Below, in pieces: positions 41,467-53,166 of a DNA stretch of 64,000 nt. Each line of letters begins with the position of its first letter. Within the stretch, counting starts at the first letter, position 1. Source of the stretch: an uncultured Solirubrobacterales bacterium (lineage in GTDB: Bacteria > Actinomycetota > Thermoleophilia > Solirubrobacterales > 70-9); the NCBI GenBank assembly GCA_963725085.1, contig CAVRXM010000005.1:1014235-1078234 (forward strand), in the 5' to 3' direction. The notes beneath the pieces are model-generated. The model was not told the DNA's origin, searched no databases, and saw only the letters and a list, made by a program, of their open reading frames with translations. The position numbers and the translations under genes were made by a program.

Positions 41467-42237
41467 TCAGCCTGTTCGAGCGGACGCCCACGGGCTCAGC
41501 TTCAGCGCCTGGCCGAAGCCGGTCCGGAACAGCGCCCCCGCACGGCAGCCCTTGACCCGCTTCCCATGCGGCTTCATCTTCGTGTCGGCGAGCCCGTTGA
41601 AGCCGTGGCGGGGATGGCGGTCGAAGACGCGACGGGCACCGGCGCCGTCGATCTCCCAGCTGCGGAGGCCGACGACGTCGAGCGCGATCCCATCGTGGGC
41701 GAGGTACTGGAGTGCGCCCCGCTCGCGGTCGACCCAGGGGTTGATGTGGAGGCAGATCGCGTCGAGGACGTCGTGGCGCTCCTGCTCCGAGAGGGGCGAG
41801 GACTCGAGGAACCGCTCCGCCGCCTCGGCTCCGGCGATGGCGAAGCAGCGATCCGTCAGCGAGTCCATCTCGGGAAATGCGTAGTCGTGGAACATCGTCG
41901 TCGCGAACAGCGCCTCCTCGTCGCACTCGATTCCCTCGACGACACCGAGGGCGCGGGCGAAGACGTAGGAGCGGTAGCTGTGCTCGATCACCGTCGGGCC
42001 GAGCTCAGAGCAGGCCTCGACGACCTCTTTCGCGAACGGCGTGTCGGGCGGGGTCAGCTCCGAGGGGTCGGGACCGGAGCCGCCCCTGCCGCTGCGCGAG
42101 ACGATCACGCGCGGCAGCGCCTTCGCGGTCTGGAGGCAGACCGCCGCCATGAACCGCGCCTGCTCGCCGCGGCCGAGGATCCCCCTCGTCCGCCGGCCCC
42201 ACTCGATCGTCCCGATATCCCCCAGCAGCCCCGGCAT
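41467..42237 (-). CDS. HD domain-containing protein
   Basis: Intact 256-aa ORF: VIEHSYRSYVFA...MFHDYAF...HDVLDAICLHIN, resembling HD-type metal ligands. The call is tentative. Confidence 0.55.
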   Translation of the reverse strand: MPGLLGDIGTIEWGRRTRGILGRGEQARFMAAVCLQTAKALPRVIVSRSGRGGSGPDPSELTPPDTPFAKEVVEACSELGPTVIEHSYRSYVFARALGVVEGIECDEEALFATTMFHDYAFPEMDSLTDRCFAIAGAEAAERFLESSPLSEQERHDVLDAICLHINPWVDRERGALQYLAHDGIALDVVGLRSWEIDGAGARRVFDRHPRHGFNGLADTKMKPHGKRVKGCRAGALFRTGFGQALKLSPWASARTG

Positions 42238-42249
42238 CGGCGCCGGCGC

Positions 42250-43430
<1,181 letters not shown>

Positions 43431-43534
43431 ATTTCAAATCCTCCCGCTTCGCAGAGACCAGATATGGATGCTTGCTCGCTCCGCGCTCACGATGCCTCCG
43501 TTGGTCCACCAATGTCAGTTTCATCACAATACTC

Positions 43535-43550
43535 GATTGATTCGTCAATC
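43535..43550. promoter_or_regulatory. palindrome GATTGA-TTCG-TCAATC in the thiolase/3-hydroxyacyl-CoA dehydrogenase divergent intergenic region
   Basis: 6-bp (7-bp with flanking T/A) perfect arms. Same outer half-sites as the site at 33152-33171, but with different spacing. Confidence 0.4.
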
Positions 43551-43601
43551 ATCCCGCGGATGAGGGGCCTCACACAGTCCCTTTTGATAGGAACCCGGGT
43601 G

Positions 43602-44435
<834 letters not shown>

Positions 44436-44458
44436 AGCCGATCCGATCCCAGGCTCAC

Positions 44459-44493
44459 ATCAAGTTGACCGTGTATTCCCTGGTCAACTTGAT
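44459..44493. terminator. hairpin between convergent genes (12-bp perfect stem ATCAAGTTGACC / GGTCAACTTGAT, 11-nt loop)
   Basis: Read directly. Lies 24 nt after the stop at 44435 and 25 nt before the convergent stop at 44518. Confidence 0.5.
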
Positions 44494-44517
44494 CGGCTGT
44501 TTGACGGGCCGCAGCGG

Positions 44518-44745
44518 CTAGCGCTTGCCGGCGAGGTCCCAGATCACGTCGGCGGGCGAGATTCCCTGGCGGCGGGCCGCCTCTTCGATCTCGGCCCACG
44601 GGAGCTCCGCCTCGGGCAGGTCGTCCCAGCGTGCCAGGTCCAGCGCCTCGACCGCTCCCTTCAGCGCCGGGCCGAGGTGCTCCTCGGAGCGAAGCAGCGC
44701 TCTCAGCACCTCAAGCTGCTTGTCGCTCAAACGCACAACCCACAT
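44518..44745 (-). CDS. small hypothetical protein (75 aa)
   Basis: ATG at 44745 preceded by GGAGG. MWVVRLSDKQLEVLRALLRSEEHLGPALKGAVEALDLARWDDLPEAELPWAEIEEAARRQGISPADVIWDLAGKR. Confidence 0.5.
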   Translation of the reverse strand: MWVVRLSDKQLEVLRALLRSEEHLGPALKGAVEALDLARWDDLPEAELPWAEIEEAARRQGISPADVIWDLAGKR

Positions 44746-44789
44746 GCGATACCTCCAGGATCGAGCAGGACGCGGGTTGCCCGGAGAAG

Positions 44790-46115
44790 CTAGGCGCCGG
44801 GGCGGACGGAACCGGCGGCGTCGGAGGCCTGTCCGGAGCCGCTGATCCGGACCGCCTCGACCCGGTTCTCGCGCACCGACTCGACCCGGATCGTGTAGCC
44901 GTCGGCGCTGATCGTGTCGCCCCGCTTCGGCAGCCGCCCGAGCTCGGCGAAGACATAGCCGCCGATCGAGTTGTAGGCCTCCTGGTCGGCCGGCAGCTCG
45001 ATCCCGACGTCGGCGAGGTCGCCGAGCGAGACGTGGCCGCGGACGAACCACTCGCCGCCGGCCAGCCGGCGCAGCGCCGCGGCGCGCGGGTCGGTCTCGT
45101 CCTCGATCTCCCCCACCACCTCCTCGAGGATGTCCTCGACGGTAACGATCCCGACCGTCCGGCCGTACTCGTCGACGACGACCGACATCGAGGTGCGCTG
45201 AACCTGGAGGTCGTGGAGGAGGTCATCGAGGGGCCGGGTCTCGGGGATGATCAGCGCGTCGCGGACGACAGACTCGAGCGAGGCATCGGGGCCGTCGTTC
45301 ATGTAGAGCCGGGCGAGGCTGTTGTTGTGGACGATCCCCTTGACCCGGTCCGGGTTGTCGTCCTCGATCACCACCAGGCGGGTGTGGCCGGAGGAGACGC
45401 AGCGCCGCAGCGCGGTCTCGACGTGGTCGGAGAAGTCGATCGTCACGACCGCCGGGATCGGGGTCATCACCGCCCGCGCGTCCTGCTCGTGGAGGTGGAA
45501 GACGCCGCCGAGCATCCCCGCCTCGCCGGGGTCGAGCGTGCCGCCGGCGCTGGAGCTGTCGATGATCTGCTTCAGGTCCTCGGCCGAGTGCTTTTCTTCG
45601 ATGTCCGTCGGGTCGACGCCGAAGAGGCGGACGACCGCGTTGGAGATTGCGCTCAGCCCCTTCGTCACCGGGGCGGTGGCGACCCGGAACCAGTTGAGCG
45701 GCCGCGAGACCCGGCGCGCGGTCCGCTCGGCGTGCGTGATCGCGAGCATCTTCGGGACCTGCTCGCCGATGCTGATGTGGATCGCCGTCACCAGGGCGAA
45801 GGCGAACACCAGCGAGAGCGCGACCGCGACCCCGTGCGAGAGGCCACCGAAGACCGGTTCCAGGAGCTTTGCAAGCGAGGGCTCGCCGAGGAACCCGATC
45901 CCGATCGAGGCCATCGTGATCCCGACCTGGCAGGCCGAGAGCGACTCGTCGATCCGGTCGAGCTGCTCGATCACGGCCTCGGCGCCGGACTCGCCCTCCT
46001 CGGCGAGCTGCTCGATCCTGCCGCGGCGGCTGCGGACGAGCGCGAACTCGCCGGCGACGAAGAAGCCGTTGATCGCCACCAGGACGAGCAGCAGGACGAG
46101 CAGCAGGACGCTCAT
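44790..46115 (-). CDS. CNNM/CorC-HlyC family transporter (DUF21 TM domain, CBS pair, CorC_HlyC domain)
   Basis: Intact 441-aa ORF: [16 protein letters not shown]..., CBS pair region, and C-terminal [26 protein letters not shown]. Confidence 0.85.
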   Translation of the reverse strand: MSVLLLVLLLVLVAINGFFVAGEFALVRSRRGRIEQLAEEGESGAEAVIEQLDRIDESLSACQVGITMASIGIGFLGEPSLAKLLEPVFGGLSHGVAVALSLVFAFALVTAIHISIGEQVPKMLAITHAERTARRVSRPLNWFRVATAPVTKGLSAISNAVVRLFGVDPTDIEEKHSAEDLKQIIDSSSAGGTLDPGEAGMLGGVFHLHEQDARAVMTPIPAVVTIDFSDHVETALRRCVSSGHTRLVVIEDDNPDRVKGIVHNNSLARLYMNDGPDASLESVVRDALIIPETRPLDDLLHDLQVQRTSMSVVVDEYGRTVGIVTVEDILEEVVGEIEDETDPRAAALRRLAGGEWFVRGHVSLGDLADVGIELPADQEAYNSIGGYVFAELGRLPKRGDTISADGYTIRVESVRENRVEAVRISGSGQASDAAGSVRPGA

Positions 46116-46221
46116 CGGTTATTTGACCCGGTACTTCGGGGGAGGTCGTCTTCGGCCATTCGGCCACCGGAATATACCCGGGCCGGCCGCCGAAACGGCG
46201 CGAGTGGCATATTGGAACGCG

Positions 46222-47130
46222 ATGCGGATCGCGAGCCTGGTCCCCTCGGCGACGGAGATGCTGTTTGCGCTCGGCCTCGGCGAGAGCGTCGTGGCTGTGA
46301 CACACGAGTGCGACTACCCGCCCGAGGCGCGCTCGATCCCCTTCCTGACGAGCACCGTCCTGCCGCCCGACATCGCCGCCGGCGAGATCGACGCGACCGT
46401 GAAGGCGGTCGTCGGCGAGGGCCGGGCCCTCTACGAGCTCGACGAGGAGCGGCTGGCCGAGCTCGGCCCCGACCTGATCGTCACCCAGGCCGTCTGCGAC
46501 GTCTGCGCCGTCTCCTATGAGGACGTGCTGAGGGTCGCTGCGCGGCTGCCGAGCGAGCCCCACGTGCTCCAGCAGGACCCGAGCTCCCTCGCCGAGGTGC
46601 TCGAAGACGTGGTCCGGCTCGGCGAGGCGACCGGGAAGCAGCCGGAGGCTCGTGAGCTGCGGGCCGAGCTCGAGGGCCGGCTGGCGACCGTCGGCGCCGC
46701 GGTCTCCGGGGCCGGCGCGCCGCGGGTTGTCGCGCTCGAGTGGCTCGACCCGCCGTTCGTCGGCGGCCACTGGGTGCCGGAGATGGTCTCGATCGCCGGC
46801 GGCGAGGACATCGCCGGGCCGCCCGGGCTGAAGTCGCCGGAAGTGAGCTGGGGCGAGCTCTCCGGGCTGCGCCCGGACGTCGTCGTCGCGATGCCGTGTG
46901 GCTGGGGCGTCGAGGAGGCGCGCGGGCAGGTGCTCGAGCACTGGGACCGGGTCGCCGAGCTCGGCGCCCGCACCGTGTTCGCGGTCGACGCCGCGGCAAC
47001 CTTCTCGCGGCCCGGGCCGCGCCTCGTCGACGGGGTCGAGCTGCTCGGCCACCTGCTCCATCCCGACCTCGTCGACGTCCCAGGAAGCGTCGAGTTCGCC
47101 GAGGTCCGCGCGCCAATCGGCCGCGCCTAG
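46222..47130 (+). CDS. BtuF/FhuD-like periplasmic binding protein (no obvious signal peptide)
   Basis: MRIASLVPSATEMLFALGLGESVVAVTHECDYP...LGPDLIVTQAVCDVC...PFVGGHWVPEMV. ATG at 46222 chosen within a longer ORF. Confidence 0.75.
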   Translation: MRIASLVPSATEMLFALGLGESVVAVTHECDYPPEARSIPFLTSTVLPPDIAAGEIDATVKAVVGEGRALYELDEERLAELGPDLIVTQAVCDVCAVSYEDVLRVAARLPSEPHVLQQDPSSLAEVLEDVVRLGEATGKQPEARELRAELEGRLATVGAAVSGAGAPRVVALEWLDPPFVGGHWVPEMVSIAGGEDIAGPPGLKSPEVSWGELSGLRPDVVVAMPCGWGVEEARGQVLEHWDRVAELGARTVFAVDAAATFSRPGPRLVDGVELLGHLLHPDLVDVPGSVEFAEVRAPIGRA

Positions 47131-47139
47131 CCCCCGGCT

Positions 47140-47182
47140 CCGGTGGGAGTTATCCCCGGATAGCGACGGAAACTCCCACCGG
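47140..47182 (+). terminator. hairpin directly after the BtuF-like gene (12-bp perfect stem CCGGTGGGAGTT / AACTCCCACCGG, 19-nt loop)
   Basis: Starts 10 nt after the TAG at 47128-47130. No T-tract. Confidence 0.4.
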
Positions 47183-47199
47183 AACGGCGCTCCGGCCTT

Positions 47200-47242
47200 C
47201 CGGTGTTCGAAATGTCGAATATTTCGACATTTCGAACACCGG
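47200..47242. promoter_or_regulatory. 43-nt inverted repeat (20-bp perfect arms, 3-nt centre) upstream of the GntR gene; candidate operator
   Basis: CCGGTGTTCGAAATGTCGAA-TAT-TTCGACATTTCGAACACCGG. Locally AT-rich, with four TCGA(A/C) words at about 8-bp spacing. Ends 50 nt before the GTG at 47293. Confidence 0.5.
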
Positions 47243-47292
47243 AGCGCTGTCGGGGCGTACGGTTTGGGTGTGACCGCGAGGAGAGGCAGGCG

Positions 47293-48048
47293 GTGAGCGA
47301 GGACGGGGCCGCACAGGAGGCCGTGTTCGCGCCGGTGCGGCCGCCGACGACCTTCGAGGAGACGGTCGAGCGGCTCGGCACCGCGATCCGGCTCGGGCTG
47401 CTCGCGCCGGGCAGCCGGCTGCCGCCCGAGCGCCAGCTCGCCCGCAAACTCGCGATCTCGCGCTCGACCCTGCGCCAGGCCCTGACGACCCTGACCCAGA
47501 GCGGCCATCTGGTCTCGAGGCGGGGCCGGGCCGGCGGCACCTTCGTCGCCGAGGAGCCGCCGCTGGCAGGCGGCCCCGGCGAGCTCCTCGACGAGGCCGC
47601 CTGGGCGGTCCTCGACTACCGGGTCGCGATCGAGACCGGCTCGGTCCTGCTCGCCGCCGAGCGCTCCAACGCCGAACAGCTCTCGCGGCTCGAGGAGCTG
47701 ACGGCAGGGATGGCGGGCGCCGAGGACTTCGAGGAGTACCGCCGCTTCGACATCCGCTTCCACATCGGCCTCGCCGAGGCGGCCGCGTCGCCGCGCCTGC
47801 TCACCGCGATGACCGAGGTCCAGGGCCAGATGAGCGACCTGATCTCCCTCATCGCCCACCCGACCGAGGTCCTGACCCGCTCCAACGACCAGCACCGCCA
47901 GCTGGTGATGCTGCTGCGCAGCGGCGACGCCGCCGGCGCGGTGCGGCTGCTGCGCGAGCACATCGAGGGGACCGAGCACATCATCGCCGGCCTCCTCCCG
48001 GTCCAGAGCTCGAAGGCGCTCTCAGCCCCGGACCCGCTCTCCCTCTGA
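47293..48048 (+). CDS. GntR family transcriptional regulator (FadR/FCD subfamily)
   Basis: wHTH LPPERQLARKLAISRSTLRQALTTLTQSGHLVSRRGRAGGTFV, then the helical FCD domain. GTG at 47293 preceded by GAGGAGAGG. Confidence 0.85.
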   Translation: MSEDGAAQEAVFAPVRPPTTFEETVERLGTAIRLGLLAPGSRLPPERQLARKLAISRSTLRQALTTLTQSGHLVSRRGRAGGTFVAEEPPLAGGPGELLDEAAWAVLDYRVAIETGSVLLAAERSNAEQLSRLEELTAGMAGAEDFEEYRRFDIRFHIGLAEAAASPRLLTAMTEVQGQMSDLISLIAHPTEVLTRSNDQHRQLVMLLRSGDAAGAVRLLREHIEGTEHIIAGLLPVQSSKALSAPDPLSL

Positions 48049-50497
48049 GTCGAAGAGCGGCTCCGAGGCGACCTCGCCCGGGACCCAGCGCCCGAAGATC
48101 TCGACCTCGACCGCGGTTCCCGGCTCCGCCCGGTCGGGCGGCAGGTAGGCGTAGGCGATCGAGCGCTCGACCGTGTAGCCGTAGCCGCCGGTCGTCACCC
48201 GGCCGACGATCTCCTCGGCGCCGCCGACCCGGACCGGCTCGTTGCCGAGCGCGATCGAGTGCGGGTCCTCGAGCGTCAGGCAGCGCAGCCGCGTCCGCGG
48301 GCCCCGCTCCTTCGCCTCGAGCGAGCGCCTCGCGGCCGATGAAGCCGCCCTCCTTGTCGAGCTTGACGCAGAACCCGACCCCGCCCTCGTACGGGGTCTC
48401 GTCGGGGGTGATGTCGGCGCCCCAGACCCGGTAGCCCTTCTCGAGCCGCATCGAGTCGATCGCCCGGTAGCCGCCGGCGACGATCCCGTGCTCCTGGCCC
48501 GCCTCCCAGATCGCGCGCCAGAGCCCGAGCCCGTACTCGCTCGGGCAGTAGAGCTCCCAGCCGAGCTCGCCGACGTAGGTGACGCGGAGCGCCCGCACCG
48601 GGGCGTCGCCGACCGTGATCTCGCGGACCGACATGTAGGGGAAGGCCTCGTCGCCGAGGTCGTCGGGGGTGAGCGGCGCCAGCACGTCGCGCGCCCGCGG
48701 CCCCCAGATCCCGATGCAGGCCCGCTGCGAGGTGACGTCGCTGATCCGGACGCTGCCGTCGCCGGGGAGGTGGCGGCGCATCCACTCGCGGTCATGGTTG
48801 CCGAAGGCGGTGCCGGTGACGATCGAGAAGCGGTCCTCGGCGAGGCGGGCGACGGTGAAGTCGCACTCGATCCCGCCGCGGTGGTTGAGCATCTGGGTGT
48901 AGGTGATCTTCCCCGGCTCGCGCGCGACCCGGTTGTCGCAGAGGCCTTCGAGGAACTCGGCCGCGCCGGCCCCCTCGATCTCGAGCTTCGCGAAGGAGGA
49001 CTCGTCGAAGAGCCCGACCCGCTCGCGGGTGGCGCGGTGCTCGGCGCCGATCGCCGGCGACCAGTGCTGACCCGCCCAGCCCCGCGGCCGCAGCCCCTCG
49101 TCCCCCGCCGCCGCGTTCGAGTCGTACCAGTTGACCCGCTCCCAGCCCGATTTCTCGCCGAAGGCGGCCTCGTGCTCGCGGTGCCAGGCGTTGACCGGCG
49201 AGACCCGCAGCGGCCGCCCCGCCTGGCGCTCGTGGTTGGGATAGCGGATGTCGTAGTAGGTCTCGTAGGTCTCCTTGATCCGGGCGTGGGTGTAGGAGGG
49301 CGAGCGGTACTGGGCGCCGAAGCGGCGGATGTCCATCTCCCAGAGGTCGAGGCTCGGCTCGCCCTCGGCGATCCACTCCGCCATCACCTTCCCGATCCCG
49401 CCGGCTCCGGCGAGGCCGTGGGCGCAGAAGCAGGCGCAGACGAAGAAGCCGCCGACCTCGGTCTCGCCGAGGCAGAACTCGTTGTCGGGGGTGAACGCCT
49501 CGGGGCCGTTGATCAGTTTCGTCACCGTGATCTCGTCCATCACCGGGACCCGGCGTTTCGAGTTCTCGATGATCTCCTCGAAGCGCTCCCAGTCCTCTTC
49601 GAGCAGGCGGCCGTTGAAGTCGGGTGGGATCCGGTCGAGCCCGGCGGCGCCGTCGGGCATGAACGCCGGCAGGCTCTGGCGCTCGTAGCCGCCCATGATC
49701 AGGCCTCCCCCCTCCTCGCGGTAGTAGATCAGGAGGTCGGGGTCGCGCAGGGTCGGCAGCCGCCCCTCGTCGCGCTCGCGGAACGGCTGGGTGACGAGGT
49801 ACTGGTGGGACATCGGGATCACCGGCACCCGCACGCCCGCCATCCGCGCGATCTCCGCCGCGTACATGCCGCCGGCGTCGACGACGACCTCGGCCTCGAT
49901 CTCGCCGCGGTCGGTCCGCACTCCGCGGACGCGGCCGTCGCGGACCTCGATCCCGGTCACCCGGGTCGAGGTGAAGGTCCGGCAGCCGCCCTGGCGGGCG
50001 CCGTCGGCGAGGGCGAAGGTGAGCTGCGAGGGGTCGATGTAGCCGTCGGTCGGCAGCCAGGCGGCGCCGAGCACGCCCTCGGTCGACATCAGCGGGAACA
50101 TCTCCTTCGCCTCCTCGGCCGAGATCAGCTCGAGCGGCAGCCCGAAGGTCTTCGCCCACCCGGCCTGGCGGCGCAGCTCCTCGAGCCGCTCCTCGCTCGA
50201 GGCGAGCCGGATCCCGCCGCACTCGGTCCAGCCGGGGTCGAACTCGGACTCGTCCTTCAGCCGCCGGTAGAGGTCGACCGAGTGCATCATCATCTTCGTC
50301 AGCGAGACCGAGCCGCGGAGCTGGCCGACGAGGCCGGCCGAGTGGAAGGTCGAGCCCGAGGTGAGCTGCGAGCGCTCGAGCAGGACGACGTCGTCCCAGC
50401 CCAGCTTCGCCAGGTGGTAGGCGAGCGAGGCGCCGCCGACGCCGCCGCCGACGATCACGCAGCGGGCGCGGTCGGGGAGCTCAGCCCGCGGCGGCAC
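48022..50497 (-). pseudogene. FAD-dependent oxidoreductase fused to a GcvT-type folate-binding domain (dimethylglycine oxidase/dehydrogenase-like), one frameshift near 48320
   Basis: VIVGGGVGGASLAYHLAKLGW dinucleotide fold, DAO domain, aminomethyltransferase-like C-terminal half. The last ~95 aa (RLRCLTLEDPHSIALGNEPV...GRWVPGEVASEPLFDSEGERVRG) are in another frame. Confidence 0.85.
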
Positions 50498-51396
50498 CGG
50501 CCTCCTTCAGCCAGGTCTCGAAGCCGGGGTCGGCGGCGGTCCTCCGCATCCGGCCGAAGTGCTCGGCGGCGTAGGCGGCGAAGTCGAAATCGAGGTCGGA
50601 GAGGGTGCCCTGGAGGACGCCCCACATCGCCTCGCGGAAGTCGGACATGAACCGCATCAGCCGCAGCGAGGCGAGGCGGCCGGGGGTCGGCGGCCCGCCG
50701 AAGTAGGCGTCGAGCAGGCCCGTCTCCGCATCTTCGTCGAGGTCGTTGTTGACGGCGAAGTTGCCGAGGTCGAAGTAGCGGTCGCCCATCCCGGCGTACT
50801 CCCAGTCGACGATCCGGATCCCGTCCGGGGAGCGGAGGAAGTTGGCGGCGAGGAGGTCGTTGTGGCAGGGGACCGGGTCGTGCTCGGGGCCGCTCAGCGC
50901 CGCCTCGATCCCGGAGGCGACCGACCGGCCCCACTCGTAGTCCGCGGGCAGGGCCGCGCCGCGCCCGGTCGCGCGCTCGGCGTAGTCCTCGACGATCCGG
51001 AACGAGTCGAAGGCGACCGGGCAGCTCGCCGGCGCCGTGGACGGCGCGGAGCGCGGCGGCGACCTCGGCCAGCGCGGCCGGCTCGCGCAGCTGCTCGGCA
51101 CTCATCTGCTCACCGACGATGAAGCGGGTGACGAGGCAGGGCGGGTCGTCGAGCATCGCCTCGACCTCGGGCCCGACCCCGACCCGGGCCGCGGCTTCGC
51201 TCGCGACCCGCTCCGCCCCGCGGTCGATCGAGAGCTGCTCGGTGTCCTTGCCCGGCAGCCGGATCACGACGTCGGTCCCGCCGAACCGGGCGCGGAAGTT
51301 GCGATTGGTGATCCCGCCGTCGAGCGGCGAGGGCTCGCCCTCCGGCTCCCCCAGGATCCGGGTCAGCTCGCCGATCGTTTTTGCCTGTAGGTCCAA
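50481..51396 (-). pseudogene. choline/ethanolamine kinase-family phosphotransferase, one frameshift near 51020
   Basis: GGITNRNFRARFGGTDVVIRLPG in the N-terminal frame; PCHNDLLAANFL and IRIVDWEYAGMGDRYFDLGNF (Brenner and ChoK-type motifs) in the C-terminal ORF. The TTG start at 51396 is a guess. Confidence 0.75.
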
Positions 51397-51425
51397 GGTC
51401 TTTGCGGAACTTCTCCGGCCGGGGA

Positions 51426-51455
51426 TTGACAAATGTGCCGTCTGCGACTTAGGCT
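51426..51455 (+). promoter_or_regulatory. candidate sigma-70-type promoter for the permease operon (TTGACA, 18-nt spacer, TAGGCT)
   Basis: Perfect -35 hexamer and a TANNNT -10 in the kinase/permease divergent intergenic region, about 70 nt upstream of the ATG at 51526. Confidence 0.45.
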
Positions 51456-51469
51456 CGCCCCGGGTTCTT

Positions 51470-51493
51470 AGGTGTGCTCGCCACACCTTTTAT
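51470..51493 (+). promoter_or_regulatory. terminator-like hairpin in the permease leader (AGGTGTG-CTCGC-CACACCT followed by TTTTAT)
   Basis: 7-bp perfect stem followed by a T-run, unusual in this GC-rich context. Lies between the predicted promoter and the AGGAGG Shine-Dalgarno at about 51511. Confidence 0.35.
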
Positions 51494-51525
51494 CGCAAGG
51501 GTCTCGACCAAGGAGGAGCGATCGG

Positions 51526-53121
51526 ATGGAGAGCAGCACCGCGACGCCACAGAGCCAGGACGAAAAACGCCTCGCCGAACTCGGTTACAAACAGTCCCTG
51601 AACCGGGCCTGGAGCGGGTTCTCGAACTTCGCGATCTCGTTCACGATCATCTCGATCCTCGCCGGCTGCTTCACGACCTACGGCCAGGCCTGGAACAACG
51701 GCGGCCCGATCGCGATCTCCTGGGGCTGGCCGCTGATCTCGATCCCGATCCTGATCATCGGCTTCTGCCTCTCGGAGCTGGTCTCCGCCTACCCGACCGC
51801 GGGCGGCATCTACTGGTTCGCCGGCCGCCTCGGCGGCCCGGTCTGGGCCTGGTTCACCGGCTGGTTCAACCTGATCGGGCTGGTCGGCCGTGGTCGCCTC
51901 GGTCGACTACGCCTGCGCGACCTTCCTCAACGTCGTCCTCGGCCTCTACGAAGTGAACATCTTCGGCATCAACTTCGGCGACGAAGCCCACATCCTCGAG
52001 GAGGTCTTCCTCCTGTTCGCGCTGATCCTGCTCGTCCACACCGCGGTCAACATCTTCCGGACCCACCTGCTCTCGCTGGTCAACAGCGTCTCGGTCTGGT
52101 GGCACGTGGTCGGCGTCGCGGCGATCGTCCTGGTCCTGGTATTCGTCCCGGACACCCACCAGAGCGTCAGCTTCGTCTTCGGCCACCGGATCAACAACAG
52201 CGGCTTCAGCGAAGGCATGTACTGGTTCTACGTCTTGCCGCTCGGCTTCCTGCTGACCCAGTACACGATCACCGGCTTCGACGCCTCGGCGCACATCTCC
52301 GAGGAGACCCATGGCGCCGCCGAATCGGCGGCGAAGGGGGTCTGGAGATCGATCTTCTACTCGGCGCTGATCGGCTGGATCGTGCTGCTCGCGATCACCT
52401 TCGCGGTCACCAACGTCGACGGCGCCAACGAAGCGCTCGGCTTCGCGCCGACGCTCCTGGTCGAAGCGCTGGGCACCGGCTGGGGCAAGTTCGTCCTGAT
52501 CATCTCGGTGGTCGGCCAGCTCTTCTGCGGCGCCGCCTGCCTGACCAGCGCCTCGCGGATGTGCTACGCGTTCTCGCGCGACAAAGGGTTCGGGCACACG
52601 GTTGTCCGGCCGACCTCTCGCAGGTCAACGAGAAGAGAGTGCCGCTCTACGCGGTGATGGCGATGGCGCTCGCGGCGCTGATCATCACCCTGCCGGCGCT
52701 GAAGGGAAACGGTGAAAACGTCCCCTTCGCCTTCTTCGCGGTGGTCTCGATCACCGTCATCGGCCTCTACATCGCCTACGTGATCCCGATCTTCCTGCGC
52801 TGGCGCAAAGGCGACGACTTCGAGCCAGGGCCCTGGACGAACGGCCGCAAGTACAAGTGGATGAACCCGTTCGCGACCTTCTGGGTCGGCCTGATCACGA
52901 TCATCTTCTGCCTCCCGTTCACCCCGCTGGCGGTGCCCTGGAACGACGAATTCACCTGGGAGGCCTTCAACTACGCGCCGCTGACGGTCGGGGTCGTGAT
53001 CCTGCTCGCCTGGATCGCCTGGATGGTGAGCGCCCGCAAGCACTTCACCGGCCAGGTGCGCGAGATCGACCTCGAGAAGGACATCGGCCCGCCGCCGGAA
53101 GTCGGGCCCGCGGCTCCCTGA
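51526..53121 (+). pseudogene. APC-superfamily amino acid/amine permease, two frameshifts (near 51890 and 52610)
   Basis: MESSTATPQSQDEKRLAELGYKQSLNRAWSGFSNFAISFTIISILAG..., middle ORF 51890-52657 (QYTITGFDASAHISEET), and C-terminal helices in the first frame again. About 12 TM helices in total. Confidence 0.85.
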
Positions 53122-53166
53122 GCTGTCCTGGGATCGCCACTGTGACGAACACGTAACGTTCCTCGC

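Noticed and set aside
46116-46221. Possible cobalamin riboswitch upstream of the BtuF-like binding-protein gene
   Set aside because: The spacer is only about 105 nt, too short for the roughly 200-nt element, and I could not find a B12-box-like conserved core.
45223-47979. 918-aa reverse ORF
   Set aside because: It spans the CNNM gene start, the BtuF-like gene and the GntR gene on the wrong strand or frame, and reads as Arg/Pro/Gly-rich nonsense. The real genes explain the region.
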